From contig CALBYZ010000020.1 of assembly GCA_937889575.1 (NCBI GenBank), forward strand, positions 51 to 64,050: a DNA stretch of 64,000 bases. The letters run 5' to 3'. How positions within the stretch are numbered: position 1 is the stretch's first letter; every line of letters starts with the position of its first letter. The stretch is from an uncultured Desulfovibrio sp. GTDB taxonomy: Bacteria > Desulfobacterota > Desulfovibrionia > Desulfovibrionales > Desulfovibrionaceae. Made by a program: the position numbers and the translations under genes. Below are positions 48,636 through 59,259 of the stretch, in pieces. The notes below the pieces were generated by a model, which made no database searches, had not been told where the DNA came from, and saw nothing but the letters and a program-made list of their open reading frames with translations.

Positions 48636-48783
48636 CCGGACCTTCCCTGACGCGGGCTTGCCCTTGGCAGGAAGCGGCCTTTCTGTCAGAGATCGGGGGC
48701 AACCCGCACTCGTGCATGAAGGCGCGCCCCGCGCGCAAAGACATGGAACAGGCATGCGGCAGGAACGGAACGGCTTGGCTTCG

Positions 48784-49485
48784 ATGCCCACGGGGCGCAG
48801 GAAGATCGCGCGCCAGGTGGTGCTGCCGTTTCGCATCTCCCTTGCCATCAGCATCAAGAGCATCCGGGTGCGTTTTCTGCGTTCCCTGGTCACGGTGGCG
48901 AGCCTCGTGCTCGCCGTGGCGTTTCTGAGCTTCATCCTCGCCGGCACCGAAGTCGCGGGCGGGGTGCTGGCCACGGGCGACGCGCGCCTGCGCCTGGCGC
49001 TGCAGGACGCCGGCTACGACCTGCCGGCCGTGGCCCCGCCGCCCGAACAGGCGGCCGCGGAGGCCGCGCGCCTGGGCGCGAGCCCCAAGGAACGCTGGAT
49101 CGTGCTGCTGTCGCTGCTCGTGTGCACGGTCGGCATCGTCAACGCCCAGCTCATGGCCGTGACCGAACGGTTCCGGGAAATCGGCACCATGAAGTGCCTG
49201 GGGGCCCTCGACCGCTTCGTGCTGCGTCTTTTCCTGCTGGAGGCCGGCATGCAGGGTCTGGCCGGATCGTTCGTCGGCGCGCTGTGCGGCATGGCCGGGG
49301 CCGTGCTCGTCGGGCTCGTGCGCTACGGCGGGGTGGCCGTTTCCGGCCTGACCTTCGCCGGCATGGGGCGGGTGCTCCTCGTTTCCATGGCCGTCGGCGC
49401 GGGCCTCAGCCTGCTCGGCGTGGTCTATCCGGCCGTGGTGGCCGCCAGGATGCGGCCCGTGGAAGCCATGCGGGCCCAGGAATGA
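48784..49485 (+). CDS. Small FtsX/MacB-type ABC permease with a very short periplasmic loop; alternative start 48754
   Basis: [64 protein letters not shown]. Confidence 0.88.
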   Translation: MPTGRRKIARQVVLPFRISLAISIKSIRVRFLRSLVTVASLVLAVAFLSFILAGTEVAGGVLATGDARLRLALQDAGYDLPAVAPPPEQAAAEAARLGASPKERWIVLLSLLVCTVGIVNAQLMAVTERFREIGTMKCLGALDRFVLRLFLLEAGMQGLAGSFVGALCGMAGAVLVGLVRYGGVAVSGLTFAGMGRVLLVSMAVGAGLSLLGVVYPAVVAARMRPVEAMRAQE

Positions 49486-49543
49486 CGCGCGGCCGGGGCT
49501 GACCGGAGAAAACGCGTCGAGAAGGGAAGGGGGAGCGCGGCAG

Positions 49544-50284
<741 letters not shown>

Positions 50285-50290
50285 GGCCGG

Positions 50291-53200
50291 ATGGCGCGCC
50301 GACTGCCGTTTCCCGCCCCCCTGTCGCGCACCGTCGCGTTTCGCGCGGCGCTGTGCGCGCTCCTGGCCGCCTGTCTGGCCCTGTTGCCGGCCGGAGCCTT
50401 GGCCAAGCGGGCGAAAAAGGACGCCGCCGATCCGCGCGCGGCCGCCCTGGCCGCCTCCTGGGCCGCCGCCCCCGATGCCGGGGGGGGGCTTGAGCGGGCG
50501 GTCATCGACGGCTTGGCCGGGCTTGGCTCGCGGGTGACGGGGAGTGCTGGCTGCGCCGTCGCTGCCGAGGCCGTGGAAGTGTTTTTCAAGGGCCTTGGCG
50601 CGGGCGAGGTCGGCCGGCTCGACTACGTGGCCCCGGTCATGGACCACGCCCCGGCGACCCTTGCCGCCTCCGGCGGCGGCAAGGCCGCCCTTTCGCCATT
50701 GGCGCTCAATGCGCTCACCCCCGGGGCCGTGCCGCCGGAGGGGCTTTCCGGCCCCGTGGTCTGGGCCGGGGCAGGGGAGTACGGCGACTTCAACGGCAAA
50801 TCCCCGGACGGGGCCATCGTGCTCATGGACCTGCGTTCGGGACGGGGCTGGCAGGCCGCGGCCCAGCTCGGGGCCAAGGCCCTCGTCTACGTTGCCGACG
50901 ACGCCTCGGGCGAGGCTGCCGACGCCGGGCTTTTCCGGGACAAGTTCGAGCTCACTCCCGTGCGCTTTCCCCGCTTCCTGCTCTCGGCGGGCGCGGCGCG
51001 GGAGCTTTTCGGCGACTACGCCGCGCTTTCCGGCGACCCGGCCGGCCCCGTGGCCACGGTCGCCGCCAGGGCGGCCTGGAAGCCTGCCGTGGCCGCCGAC
51101 GTCTACCTCCTTTTCCCGGGAACCGATCCCGACCGGGCCGGCGAACTGCTCGTGGTCGAAGCGCCCTTCGACGCCGCGGCCTTTGCCCCGGGCAATGCGC
51201 CCGGCGCGGACGAGGCTGCTTCCATCGCCGCGTTGCTGCGCCTTGGCCGCGAATTCGCCGCGCATCCCCCGGCCCGGCCGACCCTGCTTTTGGCCTCCTC
51301 CGGCCATGCCCAGGCCCTGGCCGGCCTGCGCGAATTCTACGCCGCCCTGCGCGACAAGGGCAAAGACCTGCGCACCCGCTCCCGTCAGGCCCGCGACGAC
51401 CTCCGGGCCCTCGACGAGGTGCTGGAAGGGCTGGCGAAGCTGGAGGAGGGCGGGGAGGCCGCCGCCCCGGCGCTGCTCGCCCGGCCCGACGTGCGCCGGG
51501 CCATGACCGAGACCCTCAAGGACGCGGTGGACGCCGTCACCACGCGCCTGATGGAGTTGCGCCTGGCCCCGGGCGCGAAGGATCAGCCGGCCATCGACGC
51601 TTTGGCCGAACGCCGGGCGCTTCTGCGTCGGCTCATGTGGCGCGAGGATTTCACTTTGGCCAAGCCGGACGAGGCCGCCGCGCTCCTGGCCCTCGTGCCC
51701 GAGGCCCGGGAGCGGCTCACGCGCGCGCAGGCTTCCGCCGAAATCGAGCGGCGCTGCGTGGAAAGCGCCCGCGACCTGCGCAAGCGCGTGGGCGAGCGGG
51801 ACATCGTCGCCCAGGCGTCGCTCTACCTTTCCAGCCACGGCCAGGGCGTGGGCGCGTTCGCCCGGGGATTTACCTTCGACGTCAAGCCCGACGTCAACCC
51901 GGTCCAGGCCTACGGCCGCATCAACCGCTCCCTGGCCGCCGCGGCCCAGGCCGCGATCCGAAGCCGGGGCCTGCCCGCAGACTACTACCAGGACGGCATG
52001 CGCGACGACCGCAGCCGCCCCTGGCAGGGCCTGCTGCCCGACCGGCCAAAGCTCGGCGGCGAGATCGGCAACATCGCGGGCGTGCTCGGCGTCACGCTTG
52101 CGACCGTGGCCGACGCGCGCCTTGCCTGGGGCACGCCCGGCGACGTGCCCGCGTCCGTCGATTTCGACGCGCTCACGAGGCAGTCCCGCTTCGTCGCGGA
52201 CGTCGTTGCGGCCATGGCCGCCCCGGACTTCGAAGTGGGCGAGAAACGGCCGCGCAACGTCTTTTCCTCCCTGACCGGCCGCGTCAACTTTATCCGCCAG
52301 GGCGAGCTTTTCCCCGAGCGGCCCGCGCCCGGCACGGTCCTTTGCGTCTATCAGGGCAAGACGCGCTTCTACGCCGTGACCGACGCCAAGGGCATCTTCC
52401 GGGTAAACGGCCTGGCCAACAAGAAATACGTCCTGGACAAGGCCGTCATCGAGGGCTTCCGCTTCGACCCGGACACCGGCGAGGCCGTGTGGGCCGTGGA
52501 CAAGAAGCAGACCGGCAAGGAGGCCTACCGGGTCAAGATGAACCGCAACGCCATGGAAACCGACCTCGTCATGTTCGGTTGCCGGCAGAGCACGCTTTTT
52601 GCCGCCTTCGACCCGCGCACGTTCCGTTATTTCACGCGCATCGAACTCCTCGACGCCCGGCGCGAGGCCCCGCCGCTGCGTTCCTGGTTCAGCCGCCTGG
52701 ACACCCTCGATTCCACGCTGCTTTCGATCTTCCTCGAGCCCGGCACGCCCTACAAGTGCATTCTCTCCGACACCGTGCTCGCGCGAAAGCTCATCCTGCT
52801 CCATTCCAGTCCCGAGCACCCCACGGGCACGGGCTACCTCGTGGACGCCTGGCCCGTCCTGCCCGTGACCGAACTGCTCGGGGCCAGGGACATGTGGGAG
52901 CTCGTGGGGCCGCGCGTGCAGAACCTCGAAAATCACGGCATCGTGAACGAACGCATCCGTGACCTGGAAAAGCGGGGCCGCGATCTCTACGCCAAGGCCC
53001 TGGCCGACGCCGGAGCCAAGCGCTTCGACGCCATGATCGCCGCCGCCCGCTCCAGCTGGGCGCTGGCCGTCCGCGTCTACAACGACGTGGAAAAGACCCA
53101 GCGCGACGTGCTGCTCGGCGTGCTGTTCTACATCGCGCTTTTCATTCCCTTCGCCTACTGCGTCGAGCGCGTGGTCTTCAACTTCGCCGACATCCACAAG

Positions 53201-55300
53201 CGCATCGTCGCCTTTCTCGCGGTCCTCGCCGCGGTCATCGCCGTGGTCTACCAGGTCCACCCGGCCTTCCAGCTGACCTACAGCCCGCTCGTGGTCATAT
53301 TGGCCTTTTTCATCCTCGGGCTTTCGGTCATGGTGGCGCTGATCATCTTTTTGCGCTTCGAGCGCGAGATGACCGCGCTGCAGCGCCGCGCCTCCCATGC
53401 CAAGTCCTCGGACATCGGCGGCTTGCGCGCGTTCGCCGCGGCCTTCGTCATCGGCGTCAGCAACCTGCGCCGGCGCAAGGTGCGCACGGCGCTGACCTGC
53501 CTCACCCTCGTCATCCTCACCTTCACCATCATGAGCTTCACGAGCGTCAAGTCCACCCGCGACGAGGGGGCCTCGCGCTTCGCCGACGCCGCGCCCTACC
53601 GGGGCGTGCTGCTCAAAAACGCCGGCTGGCGTTCGCTGCCGCCCGAGGCCTTGTCCGTGGTGCGCGACGCCTATGCCCGGGGCCAGGTGGTCGCGCCGCT
53701 TGCCTGGCTGGAGCTGCCGGAAAAGACCCTGACCCCGTCCACGGTCATCCATGCGGGCGCCCGCAGCGAGACCGTGCAGAGCTTTCTCGGGCTTTCCGAC
53801 CAGGAAGCGGACATCGGCCGCATGCGCGGCCTGCTCGTCGCCGGGCGCTGGTTTTCCCCGGACGACCGCGACGCCGTGCTTTTGCCCGCGCCCATGGCCG
53901 AACGCCTGGGCGTCGCCCCGGGCGGCACGGTCACGCTCTTCGGCCGGCCCTTCACCGTGGCCGGCATCCTGCGCAAGAACGCCCTGGACGAGCGCGTGGA
54001 CCTCGACGGCGAGTCCGTCACCCCGGTGGTCTATCCGAGCGAGGCCGCGGCCGAGACGTCCGAGGCCGAAAAAGAGGCCGTGGAGTCCGGCGAGGACGTC
54101 AAGACCATGCAGGCCCGCTACCAGCACCTCGACGACGACCTGACCGTGGTCGTGCCCTACGACACGCTCATGGGCCTTGGCGGACAGCTCAAGTCCATCG
54201 TCGTGGCTCCGCCCGCCGACGCCCTGGTCATGGGCAAGGCCACGACCGAAGGCGGCGGGGAGCTTGCGGCGCGGCTGGCCGACCGCTTCGGCCTGGCGGT
54301 CTTTTCCGGCCAGGACGACGGCGTCTTCGTCTACCATGCCGGCGACGCCCTGGGCTACGCCGGGGTGCCCAACATCCTCGTGCCGCTGGTCATTTCCGTG
54401 CTCATCGTGCTCAACACCATGATCGGCGCGGTGTTCGAACGCAAACGCGAGATCGGGGTCTACACCGCCGTGGGCCTGGCCCCGTCCCACGTCTCCTTCC
54501 TCTTCATCGCCGAGGCGCTGGCCTTCGCCGTCATCAGCGTGGTGTTCGGCTATCTGCTCGCCCAGGTCGCGGCGGGACTCTTATCCGGCACGCCCCTGTG
54601 GGCCGGCATGACCGCCAACTACTCCTCCATGGCCGGCGTCGCGGCCATGGGGCTCGTCATCGCCGTGGTGCTCCTGTCCGTCATCTACCCCTCGCGCATG
54701 GCCGGCAAGATCGCCATCCCGGATGTCAACCGCTCCTGGAGCATGCCCGAGCCCGTGGCCGGCGCGATACGCACCCGCCTGCCGTTTCTCGTACGCGTGC
54801 GCGAGCAGGAATGCGCCGGCGGCTTTCTTTTCGACTACTACGGCACCCACCAGGACATCTCCCACGGCCTTTTCGCCACGGGCGACGTGGATTACGCCTT
54901 CGAATGCCCCTGGGATCTGCCCGGGGCCGAACCGCACCCCAAGGAGCGGTTTCCGGAATTTTGCGACCTACGGGCCTGCATGCGCATTTCCGCCACGGTC
55001 TGGCTGGCCCCCTTCGATTTCGGCATCAAGCAGGCCATCGCCATCAGCTTCATTCCGTCGCAGGACACGCCCGGCTATATGGAAATCGAGGTGGAACTGT
55101 CGCGTCAGGCCGGCGAAGCCGGCATGTGGAAGCGGCTCAACAAGGGCTTCGTCAACGACCTGCGCAAGCAGCTGCTCGTCTGGCGCTCCCTGGAGGAGGC
55201 CGTGCGCGTGGCGTATGAGGACAAGGTGGTGAGCGACTTCAGCGCACGCATGCGCGGCGGCGGGGAGGGCGGCGACGCCCCGGCCGGAGGCGCGGCATGA
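50291..55300 (+). CDS. 1669-aa fusion: signal peptide, PA/M28-peptidase-like domain (degenerate), beta-sandwich, TM bundle, MacB-PCD and FtsX permease, C-terminal soluble domain
   Basis: GPVVWAGAG (PA), VEAPFD..GADEAAS..SGHAQ (M28-like), TDAKGIF, GVSNLRRRKVRTALT, NTMIGAVFERKREIGVYTAVG, IAEAL. Confidence 0.85.
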   Translation: MARRLPFPAPLSRTVAFRAALCALLAACLALLPAGALAKRAKKDAADPRAAALAASWAAAPDAGGGLERAVIDGLAGLGSRVTGSAGCAVAAEAVEVFFKGLGAGEVGRLDYVAPVMDHAPATLAASGGGKAALSPLALNALTPGAVPPEGLSGPVVWAGAGEYGDFNGKSPDGAIVLMDLRSGRGWQAAAQLGAKALVYVADDASGEAADAGLFRDKFELTPVRFPRFLLSAGAARELFGDYAALSGDPAGPVATVAARAAWKPAVAADVYLLFPGTDPDRAGELLVVEAPFDAAAFAPGNAPGADEAASIAALLRLGREFAAHPPARPTLLLASSGHAQALAGLREFYAALRDKGKDLRTRSRQARDDLRALDEVLEGLAKLEEGGEAAAPALLARPDVRRAMTETLKDAVDAVTTRLMELRLAPGAKDQPAIDALAERRALLRRLMWREDFTLAKPDEAAALLALVPEARERLTRAQASAEIERRCVESARDLRKRVGERDIVAQASLYLSSHGQGVGAFARGFTFDVKPDVNPVQAYGRINRSLAAAAQAAIRSRGLPADYYQDGMRDDRSRPWQGLLPDRPKLGGEIGNIAGVLGVTLATVADARLAWGTPGDVPASVDFDALTRQSRFVADVVAAMAAPDFEVGEKRPRNVFSSLTGRVNFIRQGELFPERPAPGTVLCVYQGKTRFYAVTDAKGIFRVNGLANKKYVLDKAVIEGFRFDPDTGEAVWAVDKKQTGKEAYRVKMNRNAMETDLVMFGCRQSTLFAAFDPRTFRYFTRIELLDARREAPPLRSWFSRLDTLDSTLLSIFLEPGTPYKCILSDTVLARKLILLHSSPEHPTGTGYLVDAWPVLPVTELLGARDMWELVGPRVQNLENHGIVNERIRDLEKRGRDLYAKALADAGAKRFDAMIAAARSSWALAVRVYNDVEKTQRDVLLGVLFYIALFIPFAYCVERVVFNFADIHKRIVAFLAVLAAVIAVVYQVHPAFQLTYSPLVVILAFFILGLSVMVALIIFLRFEREMTALQRRASHAKSSDIGGLRAFAAAFVIGVSNLRRRKVRTALTCLTLVILTFTIMSFTSVKSTRDEGASRFADAAPYRGVLLKNAGWRSLPPEALSVVRDAYARGQVVAPLAWLELPEKTLTPSTVIHAGARSETVQSFLGLSDQEADIGRMRGLLVAGRWFSPDDRDAVLLPAPMAERLGVAPGGTVTLFGRPFTVAGILRKNALDERVDLDGESVTPVVYPSEAAAETSEAEKEAVESGEDVKTMQARYQHLDDDLTVVVPYDTLMGLGGQLKSIVVAPPADALVMGKATTEGGGELAARLADRFGLAVFSGQDDGVFVYHAGDALGYAGVPNILVPLVISVLIVLNTMIGAVFERKREIGVYTAVGLAPSHVSFLFIAEALAFAVISVVFGYLLAQVAAGLLSGTPLWAGMTANYSSMAGVAAMGLVIAVVLLSVIYPSRMAGKIAIPDVNRSWSMPEPVAGAIRTRLPFLVRVREQECAGGFLFDYYGTHQDISHGLFATGDVDYAFECPWDLPGAEPHPKERFPEFCDLRACMRISATVWLAPFDFGIKQAIAISFIPSQDTPGYMEIEVELSRQAGEAGMWKRLNKGFVNDLRKQLLVWRSLEEAVRVAYEDKVVSDFSARMRGGGEGGDAPAGGAA

Positions 55301-57279
55301 CGGCTCCGGGCCGCATCCGCAAGCGCGCCGTGCTCCTGGGCATCGCGCTCGGGCTCGCGATTTGCGCCGTCACGCCGCTGAATAACCTCTATTACGGGGC
55401 CACGCCGCTCGGCGGCGGGCATTTTCCCCTGGCGCCCTTTTGCATCCTGGTCCTGCTCACGCTTTTGGCCGCAGGGATCGGGCGGCTCGTGCGCGGCCGG
55501 GCGGTGCTTACCGGCACGGACCTCATGGTCTGCTGGATGCTCATGGTCGTGGTTTCGGGCGTGGCGCACACCGGGCTTGCGCGCACCTTTTTCATAACCC
55601 TCACCGCGCCGCAGCATTTCGCCAGCGAAGGCAACCAGTGGCGACACATCCTGGGGCCGCTTTTGCCCATGGGCTGGTATCCCGGCGACGCCGATGCCGT
55701 GGAGACGCTCTACAACGGCCTTGCCGGCGGCTATACCATGTCCTGGGGCCAGGTGCTCGCCGCCATCCCCTGGAAGGCCTGGACCGGGCCCCTGGCCGCC
55801 TGGGGCGTGTTCGTGGGCCTGTGCTTTTTCGTGATGCTTTCGCTCACGAACCTCTTCGCCAGGCAGTGGGTGTCCAACGAACGCATGAACTTCCCTCTGC
55901 TGCGCCTGCCCGAGGCCATGACCGGGGCCATGGACGCCGGCGGACTGGCCGGCTTTTTCACCGACCGCTTCCTGCTCTGCGGGGCGCTCGTCAGCATTTG
56001 CCTGCATACGATCAACGGCATCGGCTTTTACGACCCGTCCGTGCCGCAGCTCCCGACGCTCATCCTCGCCGGGCCGTATTTTCCCAAGACCGGGCTTTTT
56101 TCCGGCTTCACCAAGCTCAAGATCTACTTCTACCCGGCGTTCATCGGCTTCGCCTTCCTCACCGCGCGCCAGATTTCCCTGAGCTTCTGGGTGTTTTTTC
56201 TGCTCGGCGGCTTTTTCTACGGCGTCCTCGACATCCTGGGCCAGCAGGTGCCGGCCTCGGCGCTCGGCGTCACCTTCGGCCCGACCCTGGCCCTGCCCGA
56301 GGAAACGCAGATGATCGGCGCCTACGGCGTCTTTTTCCTCTTCATCCTGTGGCTGGCCCGCCACCATCTGCTGGCCACGGCGCGCGACGCCCTGCGTTTT
56401 CGCTTCCGCGGCCCGGACGAGGCCGAGTGGGTGGGCGCGTCGGCCTCGCTGTGGTGCCTGCTCCTTGGCGGCGGGGCGCTCGTGGCCTGGAGCGTGGCCT
56501 TCGGCATGCCGCTTTTCCAGGCGATGCTGCTGCTCGGCGCGTTTTTCATGGTCATGCTCGTGGCCAGCCGCATCATCTGCCAGGGCGGCATCGCCTATTT
56601 CACGCTGACCGCCGCGCCGACCGACGGCCTGCTCGCGTTTTTCGGCACGGGGCTACTGAGCCGCACGGCGCTGCTCATGGCCGCGGTCATGCAGAAGATG
56701 CTCTTCGTGGATTTGCGGGAATCGCTTCTGCCGTCGCTGTTCCACGCCGCCAAGGTGGGGGAGGGCAGGCGGCCCAAGGCGCTGTACCTGGCCGGCATCG
56801 TCGTCGCCCTGGCCCTGGCCGTGTGCGTGTCCTTCGCCGCCGTGCTGGCCGTTTGCCACAAGTACGGCCTGCGCGACTTGCAGGTGGACTGGGAGACGCA
56901 GACCGTGACCACGGTCTACGAAAACGTGCAGCGCCTGCTCGAGGCCCCGGCCGGCTCCAACAACACCGTGATCGGCTTCACGCTCCTTGGCGCGGCGGTC
57001 ATGTTCGCGCTTGTGGTCGCCTACCAGCGCTTCTACTGGTGGCCGATCCATCCCCTCGGCTATCTGACCATGTATTCCTCGGCCATGCGCATCCTGTGGT
57101 TTTCCTTTTTTCTCGGCTGGCTGTGCAATCATCTGACCTTGCGCTACGGCGGCATCGTCCTGCTCAAGCGGGTGCGGCTGCTTTTTATCGGCTTGATACT
57201 GGGTGATTTCCTCATGGGCGGAATCTTTGCGGTGATCGGGCTGTGGACGGGGCAGAGCTACCTCGTTTTGCCGAACTAG
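55297..57279 (+). CDS. Polytopic membrane protein, OPT-like (DUF6785/DUF6784-like)
   Basis: About 16 hydrophobic helices; RAVLLG, NERMNFPL, WWPIHPLGY; ATGA overlap with the upstream gene. Confidence 0.75.
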   Translation: MTAPGRIRKRAVLLGIALGLAICAVTPLNNLYYGATPLGGGHFPLAPFCILVLLTLLAAGIGRLVRGRAVLTGTDLMVCWMLMVVVSGVAHTGLARTFFITLTAPQHFASEGNQWRHILGPLLPMGWYPGDADAVETLYNGLAGGYTMSWGQVLAAIPWKAWTGPLAAWGVFVGLCFFVMLSLTNLFARQWVSNERMNFPLLRLPEAMTGAMDAGGLAGFFTDRFLLCGALVSICLHTINGIGFYDPSVPQLPTLILAGPYFPKTGLFSGFTKLKIYFYPAFIGFAFLTARQISLSFWVFFLLGGFFYGVLDILGQQVPASALGVTFGPTLALPEETQMIGAYGVFFLFILWLARHHLLATARDALRFRFRGPDEAEWVGASASLWCLLLGGGALVAWSVAFGMPLFQAMLLLGAFFMVMLVASRIICQGGIAYFTLTAAPTDGLLAFFGTGLLSRTALLMAAVMQKMLFVDLRESLLPSLFHAAKVGEGRRPKALYLAGIVVALALAVCVSFAAVLAVCHKYGLRDLQVDWETQTVTTVYENVQRLLEAPAGSNNTVIGFTLLGAAVMFALVVAYQRFYWWPIHPLGYLTMYSSAMRILWFSFFLGWLCNHLTLRYGGIVLLKRVRLLFIGLILGDFLMGGIFAVIGLWTGQSYLVLPN

Positions 57280-57288
57280 GACTTGCCG

Positions 57289-59247
57289 ATGTACGACGAC
57301 AAGGAACTTGCCGAATACCGGGACCTGCTCCCCGCGCCGAAACATTTCGAGGAGGGCTTCGACTGGAAGACCATCGTCGGCGCGGTCTTCATCGGCTTCC
57401 TCATGATGCCGGGCAGCATGTACCTGCAACTGGTCATCGGCACCGGCATCGGCCCGGCCGCGCGCTGGGTCACCATCATCCTCTTTGCCGAGATCGCCAA
57501 GCGCGCCTACACCGAACTCAAGCAGCAGGAAATCTTCCTGCTTTATTACATGGCCGGCGCGGCCATGGCCTCGCCGTTCCACGGACTGCTCTGGAACCAG
57601 TACCTCGTGCAGTCCGACGCGGCCAAGATGCTGGGCTTAACCGACCTCATCCCGACCTGGGTCGCGCCGGGGCCGGATTCCGAGTCCCTGGTCGCGCGCA
57701 CGTTTTTCCATCGTGACTGGCTCGTCCCGATCCTGCTCCTCGTCGGCTCCCAGATCGTGCAGCGCATCGACCACTTCGGCCTGGGCTACGCGCTCTACCG
57801 CATCACCTCCGACGTGGAGAAGCTGCCCTTTCCCATGGCCCCGGTCGGCGCGCTCGGCACCATGGCCCTGGCCGAATCCACCGAGGACCGCAAGACCGGC
57901 TGGAAATGGCGCGTCTTTTCCATAGGCGGCATGATCGGGCTGGTCTTCGGTGCGGTCTACGTGCTCTTTCCCGTGGTCTCGGGCCTGGTCTTTACCGAAC
58001 CCGTGCGCCTGATCCCCATCCCCTGGGCCGATTTCACCCGCAACACCGAAGGCTGGCTGCCGGCCGTGGCCACGGGCATCCAGTTCGACCTGGGCCTGGT
58101 TTTCACCGGCATGGTGCTGCCGTTTTGGGCCGTCATCGGCGGCCTCGTCGGCCTTGCCATCACCTTCGTCGCCAACCCGATCCTTTTCCACCACGGCATC
58201 CTGCACCGCTGGCGGCAGGGCATGGGCACGGTGGAGACGGTTTTCGCCAACAATTTCGACTTCTACATGTCCTTCGGCATCGGCCTCGGGCTCGCCATCG
58301 GCGTCATCGGCGTGTGGCAGGTGGCGCGGTCCCTGCGCAAGGGCGGCGTCGGCGGCGCGGCCTACAAGGCGCTTTTCGACACGAACAAGGCGCGCGGCGA
58401 CATCAACTTCTGGGTTTCCGTGGCCATCTACGTCTTTTCGACCCTGGCCTACGTCGCCATGTGCCTGTTCCTCGTGCCGCAGTTTCCCTGGATGTTCTTC
58501 GTGCTCTACGGCTTCGTCTACACGCCGGTCATCTCCTACATCACCGCGCGCATGGAGGGCATCGCCGGCCAGTTCGTGAGCCTGCCCCTGGTGCGCGAGG
58601 CGAGCTTCATCGCCGGGGCGAAGTTCTTCGGCTACCAGGGCATCGAAATCTGGTACGCGCCCATCCCCATCCACAACTACGGCAAGGCGACCGTGGATTT
58701 CCGCGAAATCGAGCTGACCGGCACGAGCCTGCGCGGCATCATCAAGGCCGAGATCGTGGTCTTTCCCGTGGTCATGACCGCAAGCCTGCTCTTTTCCCAG
58801 TTCATCTGGCAGCTCGCGCCCATCCCCTCGGCCAGCTACCCCTACGCCCAGGAGCTGTGGCACTTGCAGGCGCTCAACACCCTGCTCATGCAGACCTCGA
58901 CCCTGGAGGGCAATTCGCTGTTTTTCCAGGCCCTAAACGGCTGGTTCGTCACGGCGGGCCTGGGCCTGGGCCTGGTCACCTATTTCCTGCTCATGATCTT
59001 CGGCCTGCCCGTGCTGCTCGTCTACGGCATCGTGCGGGGCCTGGGGCAAAGCGTGCCCCACGGCCTCATCCTCGAAGTCGTGGGCGCGCTTTTGGGGCGC
59101 TATTATTTCCTCAAACGCTACGGCAAGAAGTGGCGGCAGTACGCGCCGGTGCTTTTGGCCGGCTTTTCCTGCGGCATGGGGCTCATGGGCATGTTCGCCA
59201 TGGGGGCGACGCTTATTCTCAAGTCCCTTGGGAAACTGGCGTATTGA
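57289..59247 (+). CDS. OPT/YSL-like polytopic membrane protein (putative peptide transporter)
   Basis: KTIVGAVFIG..SMYLQLVIG, QQEIFLL, VEKLPFPMAPVGA; about 16 TM. Confidence 0.75.
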   Translation: MYDDKELAEYRDLLPAPKHFEEGFDWKTIVGAVFIGFLMMPGSMYLQLVIGTGIGPAARWVTIILFAEIAKRAYTELKQQEIFLLYYMAGAAMASPFHGLLWNQYLVQSDAAKMLGLTDLIPTWVAPGPDSESLVARTFFHRDWLVPILLLVGSQIVQRIDHFGLGYALYRITSDVEKLPFPMAPVGALGTMALAESTEDRKTGWKWRVFSIGGMIGLVFGAVYVLFPVVSGLVFTEPVRLIPIPWADFTRNTEGWLPAVATGIQFDLGLVFTGMVLPFWAVIGGLVGLAITFVANPILFHHGILHRWRQGMGTVETVFANNFDFYMSFGIGLGLAIGVIGVWQVARSLRKGGVGGAAYKALFDTNKARGDINFWVSVAIYVFSTLAYVAMCLFLVPQFPWMFFVLYGFVYTPVISYITARMEGIAGQFVSLPLVREASFIAGAKFFGYQGIEIWYAPIPIHNYGKATVDFREIELTGTSLRGIIKAEIVVFPVVMTASLLFSQFIWQLAPIPSASYPYAQELWHLQALNTLLMQTSTLEGNSLFFQALNGWFVTAGLGLGLVTYFLLMIFGLPVLLVYGIVRGLGQSVPHGLILEVVGALLGRYYFLKRYGKKWRQYAPVLLAGFSCGMGLMGMFAMGATLILKSLGKLAY

Positions 59248-59259
59248 GGGGGCGTCGTC

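Noticed and set aside
48636-48783. Expected sigma54 promoter for the ABC/OPT operon
   Set aside because: TTGGCAGG is present, but there is no GC at -12; no supportable promoter found
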